From the NCBI GenBank assembly GCA_965603825.1, contig CBFDEM010000008.1, forward strand, positions 62,001 to 126,000: a stretch of 64,000 bases of DNA, read 5' to 3'. This DNA comes from Blepharisma stoltei ATCC 30299. Taxonomy: Eukaryota > Protista > Ciliophora. Position 1 is the first letter of the stretch, and each line of letters begins with the position of its first letter. The notes beneath the pieces were generated by a model that ran no database searches, had not been told where the DNA came from, and worked only from the letters and a program-made list of their open reading frames with translations. Shown here in pieces: positions 1-12,217 of the stretch. The translations under genes and the position numbers were made by a program.

Positions 1-198
1 AAATCGGTTAGCTTGTCCATGAGTATTCAAGCTCTTAAAAAATTTTTGTTAATTGTATATGCTCACATATTTTTTATATAAAATAGCAAAGTATTTAAGA
101 ACAAAAATTTTTTTTGTCACTTTCAAATGCAAAAAGCAATTAAGTAATCTTAGACTTCATCCAAGTTAAATCTATATTAAATAACAACATATATAGTA

Positions 199-342
199 TT
201 AATTATCCAATTTTGGCTGAGGATTTCTCAAAATTAGTTGAGGAGGCTTGAGGATTTGATGAATAGGTGTAACTTGATTTTTTGCTCTTTTAACAGCATT
301 GCCAGACTCATTCTTTCCGCGCTTAACAGGCAAGTTATCCAT
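199..342 (-). CDS. Possible small basic protein (47 aa)
   Basis: ATG at 342 to TAA at 199 (MDNLPVKRGKNESGNAVKRAKNQ...). More GC-rich than the flanks. No recognisable domain. Confidence 0.3.
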   Translation of the reverse strand: MDNLPVKRGKNESGNAVKRAKNQVTPIHQILKPPQLILRNPQPKLDN

Positions 343-609
343 AGTTTTATTATTCTAGGCCTATTATTTAATTAGCACAATCTCTTGATATGTCCAAATA
401 ATCAGCTTTATCCTCGATTGCATTGCTTCTTCCTATGAGCTTTACTATTACAGTTTTTATGATTTTTCTATGCTAATAGCTCTTCAAATATCATTTGTTT
501 GCACAATCTGATTTAAGATTCTATAAATTTTTTATCCTTAAAATTATTTGCATTAATTATTTTTACTTACTGCAAGCTACCTATAATTTTATTATTCTAA
601 GTCTATTAC

Positions 610-2331
610 TTAATAAACGCAATCTCTTGCAATATGTCCGAATAATTGACAGATTTGGCATCTCTGTCCACGAGTGCATTGCTTCTTCATATGTAGCTTG
701 CTGTTGCAGTTTTCGCATGATTTTTCTACCCTAACACCTCTTCCAATATTCCCAGTTTCTCCAATATGGCTTAAAGTCTTATAAATTTCTATTAAAATAT
801 GTGCATCTAAGGCAGCATAATGCATTTGTGATAATTTCAAAGGTCTTCTTTCCCAATTCGACATTTGTTCTCCTTTACATAAGCTTCTCCCTAAAACTAG
901 CTCACATAGCCCTGCTAATCCTCCAGCACTTTCTCCATAAATATTCATATAAAGATCAAGCAGCTCTACATAAGGTCTAAATTCTACTTTAAAACTTGTC
1001 AAATTTGGGTAGCTTTTCAGAACATTTTTAATGTCCCCTGAAAAGCTGATCCCTAATTTCACAATTTCTTCATTTAAAAATAATTCCTCCAGCTTAGCAT
1101 TCAGCAATTCACTTGTATTCAGCTTAATCATATCAATTAAATACACAACATCTTCAAAAGCGATTTGTAATAAGGCGACTTTATTTTCAGAAAACTTTAC
1201 CATTGAAGGCTTCCATTCACAGTCCAAGCCTACAAATCTTCCGGCCCATACTAATTCTTGGACTTGATCTTCATTTTCAATGAATTTTATTTGTTCTTGA
1301 GGTAAATTAATAGAAATGCTGAATTCAGGCTGCAATGGTCCAAACCTATCTGAGCTATTTTTTGCTCTGGGAGGAATTTTCCTCAGTCTTTCTACAGTTT
1401 CTGGCCTTATTTGGCTTGCAACTCCAGGATAGCATAGGAATAATTCTGCAGCGAGTGGGCCCATCCACTCGATATTTTTTTTCATAAATTTGAATTCTAA
1501 ATCTTCAATTAAAATTGATAATAATTCTAAATCATTGGAAACTATATCAGCCAAATTATAAACACCAATTTCTCCTGACTGAATGTGATATCTCATAGCA
1601 ACTTTTTTCAGTCTGCTCATCATATCAGGAAACTCAGTCGGATCCATGCCTGCTTTTTGTACTAATTTTCCGGCATATTTTATATGTTTGTTTGTGCACA
1701 TCAATTCAACAGCTTGTCTAACTAAATCATGGTCAGTTCCAACTAAAATGTTTATTAGCTCGATATCACTCTTTTGGACTAAGGTAGGGATTGCTTTTTC
1801 TATTTGATCAAGTTCTCTCTATATAGAATTTACGGAAATTCCTAATTCACGGCTCATTTTTACAGCTTTTTGGAAATTTTTTTGTTTCCATAGCTGACTG
1901 GCATAACTTATCAGTCTAATTTTGAGTTACTCTTCTTTTTGAACAGAAACGCTAGAAATTTCAAATAAAAGTGATAAGCACTCGGGGTCAAATTCTCGCC
2001 ATTGACCAGCCACATATAACCCAAGTGAAGATTTATTGCAAGGTTGTGGGTGTGAAACCTCTATTAAGGCTTTTATCAGTTTTTTTGATATTATTGCCTG
2101 GGCATTTTTTGAGTATAAAGACTTTAATAGAGAAATTGCTTGAGATGTTATATCTTGTGTGGAAAATGTGAATGCAAGATAAAATTGATTAAAAAGGTCA
2201 TCTGGGGTCGTTTCTTTGTTTTTCAGCAGGTTAATCAAATAAGTGGCTGCTTCTTCTGGATTGCTGCTGACTATTTAGAAATCACTTTTCTCATAAAACT
2301 CTTCATCAAGGTTTTCTCGCAAATCTTCCAT
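610..2331 (-). CDS. EXD3/Mut-7-like DEDDy 3'-5' exonuclease with two C-terminal CCHC zinc knuckles; three 15-nt introns
   Basis: Exo motifs VGLDCEWKP, VALLQIA and EQMSNWERRPL..SQMHYAALDA. Knuckles CENCNSKLHMKKQC and CQICQLFGHIARDC. One frame from ATG 2331 once introns 2271-2285, 1916-1930 and 1819-1833 are removed; each contains the only in-frame stop at that point. Confidence 0.85.
1819..1833 (-). other. 15-nt spliceosomal intron
   Basis: GTAAATTCTATATAG; removal deletes an in-frame TAG. Confidence 0.85.
1916..1930 (-). other. 15-nt spliceosomal intron
   Basis: GTAACTCAAAATTAG; removal deletes an in-frame TAA. Confidence 0.85.
2271..2285 (-). other. 15-nt spliceosomal intron
   Basis: GTGATTTCTAAATAG; removal deletes an in-frame TAA and connects the frame to ATG 2331. 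Confidence 0.8.
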
Positions 2332-2479
2332 TTTTTAATTATTCATTAGTCCCAATGAATAATTTATTCCTTCAGAAATATTTTGCTAAATTATTTATTG
2401 CATTTTATCTAAACAAACATAATCCCTTCTATATATTTAATAAATCAAGATTTATTTAAGTTTCATTACTTAAAAGGAG

Positions 2480-3418
2480 TTATGAAATAGAGAACTTCAA
2501 TAACACCTTGAAGATATAAGCAAGATCGAACCCAGCTTGATAAGAGTTCTTCTGCTCAATAGCTTGAATCATTGCATTGAAGTGATTTTCTATATCAACT
2601 TTCTTGGTAAAGAAGGTGAAAAGCACCTGTGAGAAGTACTCTGGCTGCTTGAGGTCCTTAATGTCAGTAATAAGTAATTGGATCTTGCAGTCATTATAAA
2701 TGCTGGACACAGCGGTATTGAAGATGGTCAAGTAAGCTGGAACAACATTACAGGCTGTGAAGTTCAGGTGGCTGCATTTCTTGATTTGGGCAAGAGCGTT
2801 ATGGAATGATGGGACTATCATTGTGGTGGTATTGTAGCATTTGCTGAGTGGGGTTGATTTTGCTTGGAATCCCATTGCCATACCTTCGAGGAATAAGGTA
2901 AGGTTTCCTGAAAATGAGTAAAGGTTGCTTTGTTGAAGCTGGAATTCTCCAATTGGGATCATGAGTTTCATCATATTTCCGAATTGTTCTCCAGCAAGTT
3001 TAAACTCTCCAGCTGCAAGTTGGCTTTGCATATCAGCATGAATTGCTTTGATGGTGGTATATTCTTGGGAAACTCTTGCGAAAAGCTCTTCTCCATTAGC
3101 TTCAATGCTTTCTGCAATGGTGTTGACAAAAGTTGCAATTCCGCAGTTCTCGAAGACGGATGACAGTTCTGGAAGAGCAAGAAGCACGTGGTTGAAGAAG
3201 ACGTGGAGTGGCTCGTCTTGAGCGAAATCGTACAAAAGGTTGTCTAAGGTGTCGTGGAGGCTGTTTTGGGTTTCTTCATCAAGGCAGCTTGGGTTTTCTA
3301 ATGGTTCACCTGTGAATGAAAGGTAAGCACCTTCCAGGAAGTCTTTGGCATTGTCAAAGGACTGAGTATGGGAGAGGACTCCGATGGAAAGCATAAGAAC
3401 TAGACAGACAGCTCTCAT
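2480..3418 (-). CDS. Secreted alpha-helical protein with two internal repeats, function unknown
   Basis: Signal peptide MRAVCLVLMLSIGVLS. Repeats begin FLEGAYLSF..C and FLEGMAMGF..C and end AGEQFG / AGFDLA. C-rich synonymous codon use suggests high expression. Confidence 0.8.
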   Translation of the reverse strand: MRAVCLVLMLSIGVLSHTQSFDNAKDFLEGAYLSFTGEPLENPSCLDEETQNSLHDTLDNLLYDFAQDEPLHVFFNHVLLALPELSSVFENCGIATFVNTIAESIEANGEELFARVSQEYTTIKAIHADMQSQLAAGEFKLAGEQFGNMMKLMIPIGEFQLQQSNLYSFSGNLTLFLEGMAMGFQAKSTPLSKCYNTTTMIVPSFHNALAQIKKCSHLNFTACNVVPAYLTIFNTAVSSIYNDCKIQLLITDIKDLKQPEYFSQVLFTFFTKKVDIENHFNAMIQAIEQKNSYQAGFDLAYIFKVLLKFSIS

Positions 3419-4374
3419 TTTATAATTATAAATGGAGGAGAGTTTATTCAATTAATCATATGAAAAGGAAAATGCTTCAGATTTTTAATTAATAAAATAA
3501 AATTACTGGAGATTTAAAATTATCAAAGAAAATGAAGGAAATGTTTTACCTCTACAGGATTTGGGTGTATTTATAATTCACAGTTTAAATAAATAGCGAG
3601 ATAGATGGCAAATACTGGACTGAACTGGACATTTGAATTTAATTTCATTGTGCATTCACCAAATCCAAAGCTATTAGACATCATGCTTAATTTATTTTTA
3701 CTATGATTTAATAAAGATCAATATCAATATGCAGATTGGCTGGATTTTTGAATTATTTGAAAACAAAAATAAACAGAAAAGTTTAGTTTTGAGTTTTCCA
3801 ATGATTTTTGAAAGAATCTTGCATCATAAATTTAAAATTAACGTTAATTTTTATATATTTAGTCATATTGCTTATTTAAATTAAGATAAAAGCTATCAGA
3901 ACATTGCTCATCTTATTGATTAATTATGAAAATTTATAAACAAAATTTATTGGTGGCTCTATGATTTATTTAAGAGATTTTCTGGAGAAATTACTAAAAT
4001 TATGTTGAAATTGCCCATTTTTAACTGGCATTTAGACCGCCATTCTTTAATTGTGAAACCTAATTAACTTAAAAAATAAAGTTTCAACAAGTTAAAATAA
4101 CTCCCTGCATTTATGCTAAAAGGTGAAAACTGACTATTAAAGTTTAAATTCTTCAAATTAAGATTTCCGAGTTTATTTTCAAGCATTGAGAAATTTATCT
4201 CTTTTCAAAAAAAATTTCTTTATGACTTATGCAATCAGAAACTAATTTTATTAACCAGAATTTTGAATAATTAAAAATTTTACATGCAATTATAATAGTC
4301 AAAATTCACAGCATGCTAAAACCTAGTGCATAGCCTTTTTATTTCTCTGCATATTTATCAGTCAAGATATATAA

Positions 4375-7300
4375 ATGGAATTTCAAAATTTGTTGGAAGG
4401 CATTGAACAATTTCCCATCAACAAAACAATCTCTTTAAGCTCTGACAAAAAAGTCCTGGCTTATATAAAGGAATCTGACCAGGTTCTAGAAGCTTGTTTT
4501 GCTACAAATCAGGAAGCTCTCATTCTTCACTGGGGAATTGGAATAAAACATCCAACAGAATGAGTTTGTCCTATTGACATAGAAGGTATCATCCCTCCTG
4601 AAAATTCTCTCAAATTCGATACAAAAGCTGCTCAATCCCCCTTCGCTGAAGTTTCTGAGTCTCTTTATCAATTGAATATTCTCATTGACAAAGCTCATCT
4701 CCCTAAAAGGATAAATTATGTATTCAAGACCGAAAACCAATGGTTCAATAACAATGGAAATAATTATGAATTATTGCTTTTCAGAGACAAATCATTGCCT
4801 GTTGGTGAAGAAGGCGAATTAGTAGAAAATATTATTAAAGTAGAAACAGTGAATAATTCATGATGCCTAATGCACAGATTTAACCTCTGCAAAGACTGAA
4901 TCAGAAGGCTTGGAAATGGCAATGTCCATCACTTAGCCTGGATTTACGTATGGATGAGATACTCAGAACTGAGAAAATTAGACTGGGCGCGAAATTATGG
5001 AACAAGGCCAGCCTTACTAGCTGCAAGCCAAAAAGAACTCACTTTAACAATAACTGAGCAAGCTTTATCAGCTTCTAAAGAAGGCTTACTTAATCCTTTG
5101 ATACTTCTAAGGAGCACTTTAAGCACCTTCGGCAAAGGAGGAGACAATGGTCAAAGAATCCGTGACCAGATTTTAGAAATTATGCATAGACATAAAATAG
5201 GTGAAACCTATGGAACTTATATGGAACAATGGCACCAGAAATTGCACAATAATACCACTCCTGATGACATTGGGATTTGTGAAGCCACAATTGCCTTTAA
5301 TGAGACAAACAATATGGGAAAATTCTGGGAAGTTTTAAACAAGCATGGAATCACCAGGGAAAGATTAGCTTCATTTGACAGGCCAATTACAACTCAGCCT
5401 TCTTATATGCCGTTTTTGATACCTGATTTGCATAATTACTTAGCTTTACTTAAATCTGTCCATTCAGGGACTGATTTAAATACAAGCATTGATGCTGCGA
5501 GGCAATTTCTAAATGATGAAATAAACCAAAAATTAAATGAAATTATGGGAAACTTAAATCACTGGGACAAAATCCCTCAGATTGAAAGAGCTATACAAGC
5601 TAGAATTGGTATCAACAGATCTTTTGACAGAAGAAACCTTTTTACGTGCAGGGAATTATTATATTGTGATATGGCTCTTGAAGCTTATATAAGGCAAATT
5701 GTTGAGTCAATTCTTCATTGTAGTATTGGTACAAAGCACCTGATGAGAGAGCTAAATTTATTATTAGAAAATTCTTTATTAACCTGTGAAAACCAAGAAT
5801 TTGTTGTGGCTAGTAATGATTGGAAAAGCATAATGGGGAGATTTTCAGAATCATTTGAAAATAATGTAGATCAAGTACTTAAACTTAAAGCGGCAGCTGA
5901 TAGACTGTCAAGAGTTTTAGGGTTATCTGTTGACGCTTATAATCAAATTATTGACCCTAAAGCTAAATATTTAGGAAATAATTTTGGGGTTGATGAAGAT
6001 ACTGTAGACATTTTTACTGAAGAAATGATAAGAGGCTCCAATTTATCACCATTGTCAGTTATCTTGAAAAAAATTGATATACAGTTTAGAGCTTTAGCAA
6101 AGCTAAAACCTTGGCAAATTATCAGTCCTGGACAAAATTCTCAAGGAAGGCTGCTCCAAGTAGAATCCTTGCATGAAGTTTCATATGAAGTATATAAAGA
6201 GCCGATAATTTTGCTAGCTCATAAGGTAACGGGAGAAGAAGAAATTCCTGAAGGAGTAAAAGGGATTATTTCGTGCACTGAATTAGATGGATTAGCCCAT
6301 GTTTCGGTTCGTGCTAGAAATGTCAAGGTATTGTTAGCCATTTGTTATGATGAAAATGAAATCAGAAGAATCCAAGAATTTGCTGGGAATCCTGTAAATG
6401 TAGCCTTGACAAGTGGTGGAGTTAATATTACTAGAATTGACCATCTAGTTGTAGAAGAAAAAGTCAATATAGAAAGACCAGACGTTAAAAAGCCAAACCA
6501 GCTTAGAAAAATTGCAATCAGTGCAAATGAATTTGGAGATGGCAAAACAGGAGCAAAGGGCAATAACTGTCAATTTTTAAGACAATCTTTGCCAGAAAGA
6601 ATAGGAGTCCCTCGCCAAGTTGCTCTTCCATTTGGGGTTTGTGAATATGTTTTATCGCTACCTATAAACTCAGAAAGACTTATCAATCATAATACTTTGA
6701 GTGACCAGCTTGACGAAGTCGGTCTTGACAAGTCAGCAGAAGAAATTTTATCAAAATTACGAGAAATTATTTTAAGTTTAGAAATTGATGAAGAAAATGC
6801 AGGAATCATCCAAGAGCAATTAGCATCAATAAACTTGCCAAGAAATCAATGGCAAGATGCATTTTCCGCTATAAAAAAGGTATGGGCTAGCAAATATAAT
6901 GAAAGGGCTTATTTAAGCACCTTGAAGGCAAAAATTTCTTTGAGAGACGTATATATGTCAGTTTTATGCCAAGAGGTGATAGAAGGCCAATATGCTTATG
7001 TTCTCCATACAAAAGACCCGTTTACTAATGATTCAACTCATATTTATGGAGAAATTGTATTAGGGCTTGGGGAAACTCTTGTTGGGGCTTATGAAGGCAG
7101 AGCATTTTCTTTTAAAGTCAATAAAGCAGCATCAGAATTTACTATTGAAAACTACCCTAATAAATCTGTAGCTTTATGTGGGGCTGGATTTATATTTAGA
7201 TCAGATTCTAATAGCGAAGACTTGCCTGGCTTTGCAGGGGCAGGACTTTTTGATAGCCATATTATGAATAAGCCAGTGGAAAGAGTCGTTTCATATGGAG

Positions 7301-7464
7301 AGGAAAAATTATACCATGATGAAGAATTTGTAAGGGAAATTGTTTTTAAGCTGAGGGAGTTAGGGAATGTAATAGAGACTGCATTTAGTGGGGTTGCACA
7401 GGATATAGAAGGTGTAATTTCTGATGGAAGAATTTACGTTGTGCAGTCAAGACCACAAGTTTAG
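4375..7464 (+). CDS. GWD: Alpha-glucan, water dikinase (GWD-like) with N-terminal CBM45-like domain
   Basis: Single frame with TGA=Trp (4561, 4861 and one more just downstream). Motifs LILHWG, LMHRFN, EQWHQKLHNNTTPDD, phosphohistidine LAHVSVRARN, RSDSNSEDLPGFAGAGLFDS and terminal QDIEG..VVQSRPQV. Confidence 0.93.
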
Positions 7465-7547
7465 AATAAGTTTAATCTTAGCTATCTGAATATCAGTTTC
7501 CAATAATGAAAAAATCAAAAATTATTTAAATAATTTTACATAAAACT

Positions 7548-7823
7548 ATGGAAGATTTACCTTATCAATAGTAAAGCATAATCAGCAAGTTTTCTTTAGT
7601 TTTTAAGACAGAAAGAGAAGCCCAAATTGTCGTAAACACTTTATCTGTAGATGAAGAGCCTTCAGGAAGAGTAACAAGAAATTTTGCAGTAATTGGCAAT
7701 AAAATGACTGGAGAATGGACATGTGCCGACGCAAAGCTATTGAGGACTTGCCTTCGGTCATTTTTCGTAAATCTTTCCCTTGTGGTCGAAACTCTGCAAA
7801 AATTCAGCAAGCCTGAACAATAA
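7548..7823 (+). CDS. PCC1: KEOPS complex subunit Pcc1/LAGE3; one 15-nt intron; absent from the ORF track
   Basis: Spliced product MEDLPYQYKFSLVFKTEREAQIVVNTLSVDEEPSGRVTRNF...DAKLLRTCLRSFFVNLSLVVETLQKF matches the Pcc1 pattern (F.T.R.A.I....L.VD.E; LR....SF...L.LV..T). Confidence 0.85.
7571..7585 (+). other. 15-nt spliceosomal intron
   Basis: GTAAAGCATAATCAG; removal deletes in-frame TAG/TAA. Confidence 0.85.
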
Positions 7824-7901
7824 ATTTCACAATTACTTAAATTTAAAAGGTAATTTGATTCTTTATCAGCTGATCATGGATAATTTATCTCGAAATCATA
7901 T

Positions 7902-9128
7902 ATGGAAGGTGCAATAAAAACTGGTTGGATTGAGAAGAAGTCACATTACCTCAAAAAATGAAGAAAGCGGTGGCTTGTCCTCGACGAAAATTATTTACGA
8001 ACTTATAAGTTTCCTTACCAATTCGATAAATCAACAGCAACAATTCGAGTTTCTGCAATAACTGATGCATCTCCCTACCTGAACGAGACTTCAAAAGATT
8101 TTTGCTTCAAAATTTCAACCCCGACACGTCAGTATTTGATTTCTGCGACATCTGACGTTGATATGATAGGCTGGCTTAATTTAATCAACCATGCAAGAAA
8201 AAGCCCACAAGTGCCGAACTTTTCGTCTTTTAATTGCTTGTATGAGCGAAAAGCCCTGAGCGAGGTATCACTAATATCATCTTTTTCAAAATTCAAAGAA
8301 ATTCTCAATAATCGGGAACAAGAATTGATAGACGTTCTAGATGAAGCTTATCAGTCAACAATTGAAGAAGCGAAAATAGAGAGTTGCCATTTAGATAAAA
8401 TTTTGCAAAAAGAAACAGAAAGCTACCAAGCTTTTCAAGGAATTTTGTCTTCAAATGACTCCATTGTAAATAAAATAAGAGCAATTCAAAAAATTCCTGC
8501 TCAGAATTTAAATTTCAAAAAATTCGACTACATCGAAGGGGTTGATATCAAAGTATCCGTCCACGAAGAAAACCTAAAAAAAGTGATTTCTAGCAATATC
8601 GAAGTCTGTTGAGAAAACCCACAAGAAGTAAAAGTAAGAAGAACCACCATAACCCGAGCATTAAAATGGAGGTACACTGGAGAAAGAATGGACTCTTTAA
8701 GCTTCTCAGTATCAGAAGACGTCATGCTCACTGGAGTCGGAATTTGTATGCCTTATAAGTTTGGAGGATTAACCCAAGTTAAAGACTTCCAAGTACTAAA
8801 AGGGAACTCTTCAGCTTCTGCTGTTGCTTATAAACACCCTCATAAGTTTTCAATGCAGTTTAGCCCTGATGAGTCTGTGTTTAAAGTTTCTATGGAAAGA
8901 CCAGTAAATCTTGTGAAGGGAAATAAATATACCGTCATGTTTTGTATTGAAGGGTCACATACATTTAAATGCGTAGATTGCATGCAAATTGTGGTGGGGC
9001 CTGGAAATGTTAATTGGGAATTCGAAAATACGGTTTTTGCGCAGAATCATCAAAGTAATAGATGTGATACAGTATGTGGGCCAATTGCTGATTTTTATTA
9101 TGTAGCTGGAAATAGAAGAAATAGCTAA
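7902..9128 (+). CDS. PH domain plus C-terminal PHR-like domain protein
   Basis: PH motif KTGWIEKKSHYLKK(TGA=W)RKRWLVL with C-terminal W helix (MIGWLNLI). TGA at 8610 read through. C-terminal DSLSFSV..DV.LTGVGI...GPI resembles PHR. Confidence 0.78.
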
Positions 9129-9165
9129 AAATTAACAATTTTTTTGAATTATAAAGAAATTATTT

Positions 9166-12100
9166 TTATTTATCTTGATAAAGAATTGGATACAAAAATT
9201 CAGTGCACACAATCCATGGAAATGCTCTCAATGGAGGATCTGAAGTATGAGACACATGATAGCATGCGACTGCCAACTGGAAGCTAGCTTTTTCGTTGAA
9301 TTTCTCCCTATATTTCTCTATCAGTTCGTTTGCTATCTGTGTGACTGATTCCCTCATGTCTTCAGCTTTAATACCAGTTTTTTGGTATATAGAAATATTC
9401 ACTGGCTGGCCTATTAATAGCTCAATTTCTCGTTCAAGCCCAAATTGGTTAAGCAAAAGATTCAGCTCAACTCTGTAGCCATTAAAAAGCTCTGCAGCTT
9501 GTGGCATATATGCTTCATATCTGTCATAGCTGTATTTAATATTAAACTGTGGGATATCTTCGTCTACAATTTCAGTGATTCTTTCATACAATTTTCCAAT
9601 TATTTTTTCTGATTTATAACTTCTCCCTTTTCTTTCCATAAATGTCGGATATTCTTTTGGTATTAAATCCTTATCGATCTCCACCTTTATCCCATTTTTC
9701 GAAAAATCTACAGCAATTGCATGCAATTTGCATAATTCAAGACATTTATCATCATTTGCATTTAATGGGCTTTGGTCTGCAATAGCAACGTGAGCGTTAT
9801 CAATAAGCCCGAGTTTTTCGTTTTTTGCGTATTTTAAGAAAAATTTAATAAGGGTATTTTGCCCAAAAATTTCTTCTTTTGTTTTTGGCTTTACAGTGTC
9901 ATACTCCATTGGTGCAACAGGCTCAGGAATTAAGCGATTATCCCAAGAAACAAAATATAAGTCTCCATCTAGGTCAGAACCGCTGCATTCATTAGTGTGA
10001 GGACGAGGACCTTTTTGTGGGAAAACTAAGACATCGAATAAATGCATTAATTCAGGAGCTTCAACTGCATATAACACTCGGATATCGCCTGGGTGTAAGC
10101 AAGGGTTTTTACCCACTATGACTGGCCCTGTAATTACTCCGAGACCTTGAATTTGTACAAAAACTTGGCCATATTCAAGGACTTTTTTTTCATCTAAAAC
10201 TCCCATAAGTAGTCCTGAGTTTTCAACCCAAATTCTTTGCTTTAATTTAAGTTCTTGAAGGACACTAGATTTTAATAAATTTCTCATCTCAACCACAATT
10301 GGTTCATAAGGGTGATCTAAAACTTGTTGCAGCCTTTGTATAGCAATGCTTTTATAATTAAGTTTCCTTACATATTCTTTGCAGTTTTTATCAAGATGAA
10401 TTAGTGCTTCATCCAAAAGATCATTAAAAATATCATCCTGAATCCCAAGCGTGTTTAATAACAATATAAGCTGCCTATTTAAATGTCCATAACGAAATTC
10501 AGACTGGTCTAATAAATCAAAACCAGTTTTATCTGATTTAAATTTCTTTTGACTTTTCCTTAAAGCCAGCTGTCTTCCAGGCAACCTATCGTCGACCGCT
10601 ACAACACCTTTATAGCCACCAAGCCTAAATTGAAAAGCTGAAGAGAATTGGCCTGTTTTTTTATTAATTTCGTTAGCGAGATCTTTTGAAATCATCCCTA
10701 TGCCGTCACTAAAATTGTATTTTCCGACCTCAATGTCAGGGATACGCTTAATTTGGGAATTGTCGAGGTTAAACATATGCCGAGATGTGGCTAAGCTTTG
10801 TCCGACTCTTGCGGAGTATTTTCCTGGAATTTTGATTTTTGAGAAATCGCCTAGTCAGTCTCTTATATATTCTGGGGTGATTTGGCCTTGTGGGGATAAA
10901 AGCCAGGCTGAGGTTTCTTTTAACTGTGAGTTGCTATAACCAAGTAAGTAAAAAGTTTTCCCAGCCAAATGAAATTGTGATAAATTATCCCTAATAATAT
11001 TTACCAAAGCTTCTGACTTATTTATATAAAGTTTGTCTAGATCTTCGTCTGCAAAAGAAATCCTTAATAGATTTTCTTTGTTTATTTCTGGATTTCGAGT
11101 GACGCGATTTGAGTTTCCAGGCTCACCTATAAGGACATAAAAAGTAGCAGGAGTTACTATGACTCTGTTTATTCTTAAATAATTGTCTTTTGGAAAATCA
11201 TACCCACTATGTACCAAATTTCAAAATTCCGTTATAAAATCAGGAATTGTTTCGAATGGAAAATCTCGGTTATTGCTGATAACCCATTGTAAGCCAGAAC
11301 AAATTTGTTCTTGATTTTGTCCTATTAGTTCTTTAAGAAAATCTTTATTCAAGTCAAATACTGATATGTAGCCTAAACTTATGATTGAATAAAGCATGAA
11401 CTTAGTTTGATAACAAATTTCTAGCTTGTCTAAGTCTTTAAAGGTAACAAGATCTTCTGGAAGGTCTATGCTTTTCGGGACATTTTCTTTAAATTTTACC
11501 TTTTCTCTTAAAAATTTCAAAAAATCATAACTTCCACTTTTCAGCACTTTTAGTTTTATTCCTATTTTTTTGGACTCAAAAATCAAAAAATCATTAAAAC
11601 CTTTGAAAAAATTTCCTGTCCTCCACCATCCTTTTCCTGCATGGTCTATTGTTCACAGCTCTTTTCTTTTTCTTTGAGAAGCTTGCCAGTAAAACATTGG
11701 TGGTTTATTAAATTGCAAAAAGATTTTGTATTTATTACCTTTGTCTTCATAAGCCCAGTATAAAATTCATTCTAAGCTTATAGTCAGCTTAAAGTTCATT
11801 TTGTTAGTCTCACACAAAATCTCAAGTTTTTCTTTTGATGGGTAAATTTTACAAACTACCAATCCTTTGTATTTGGCAATAGAGTATTGTGTATTTTCAG
11901 AGTGGAAATTAGGGATCCCTGAGTTAAGTTTAGTGCTATAGCAGTGAGGGATAGACTCTCTTAGCCTAAAATTGCCTCGGATTTCTTGAATATCAATCAC
12001 TCTATTTTCCCACATTATCCCATTACTGAAGATATCACGATTCAAGCCTCTCTCATCAAAGGTCACAAATGCAGCATTTGTCCCGTTCATTTTGACCCTA

Positions 12101-12195
12101 ATAACATCCCCATAAGGTGTTAGGAAATCTTTTATATCCACCGCGTCCCAATTTTCGGGAAAATCTTTAACAATGGTTTCACTGTAATTAAGCAT
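9166..12195 (-). CDS. Eukaryotic RNA-dependent RNA polymerase (RDR) with N-terminal RRM
   Basis: Catalytic CSGSDLDGDLYFVSWD. Also FSDGIG, AFQFRLGGYKG, KNPCLHPGD, AVDFSKNG and IRD(TGA=W)LGDFSKI...KYSARVGQ. Four track ORFs share one frame and are separated only by TGA. Confidence 0.95.
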
Positions 12196-12217
12196 TATAG
12201 ATCTCTACAAATTTATA

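Noticed and set aside
729-736. CCCTAACA heterotrich telomere-like octamer
   Set aside because: Single copy inside coding sequence; expected by chance.
7565-7810. 81-aa minus-strand ORF from the track
   Set aside because: It is antisense to the spliced Pcc1 gene.
9166-12195. Viral or mobile-element origin of the RdRP
   Set aside because: It has the DLDGD cellular RDR signature and an RRM, not the viral GDD palm motifs. There are no flanking repeats.
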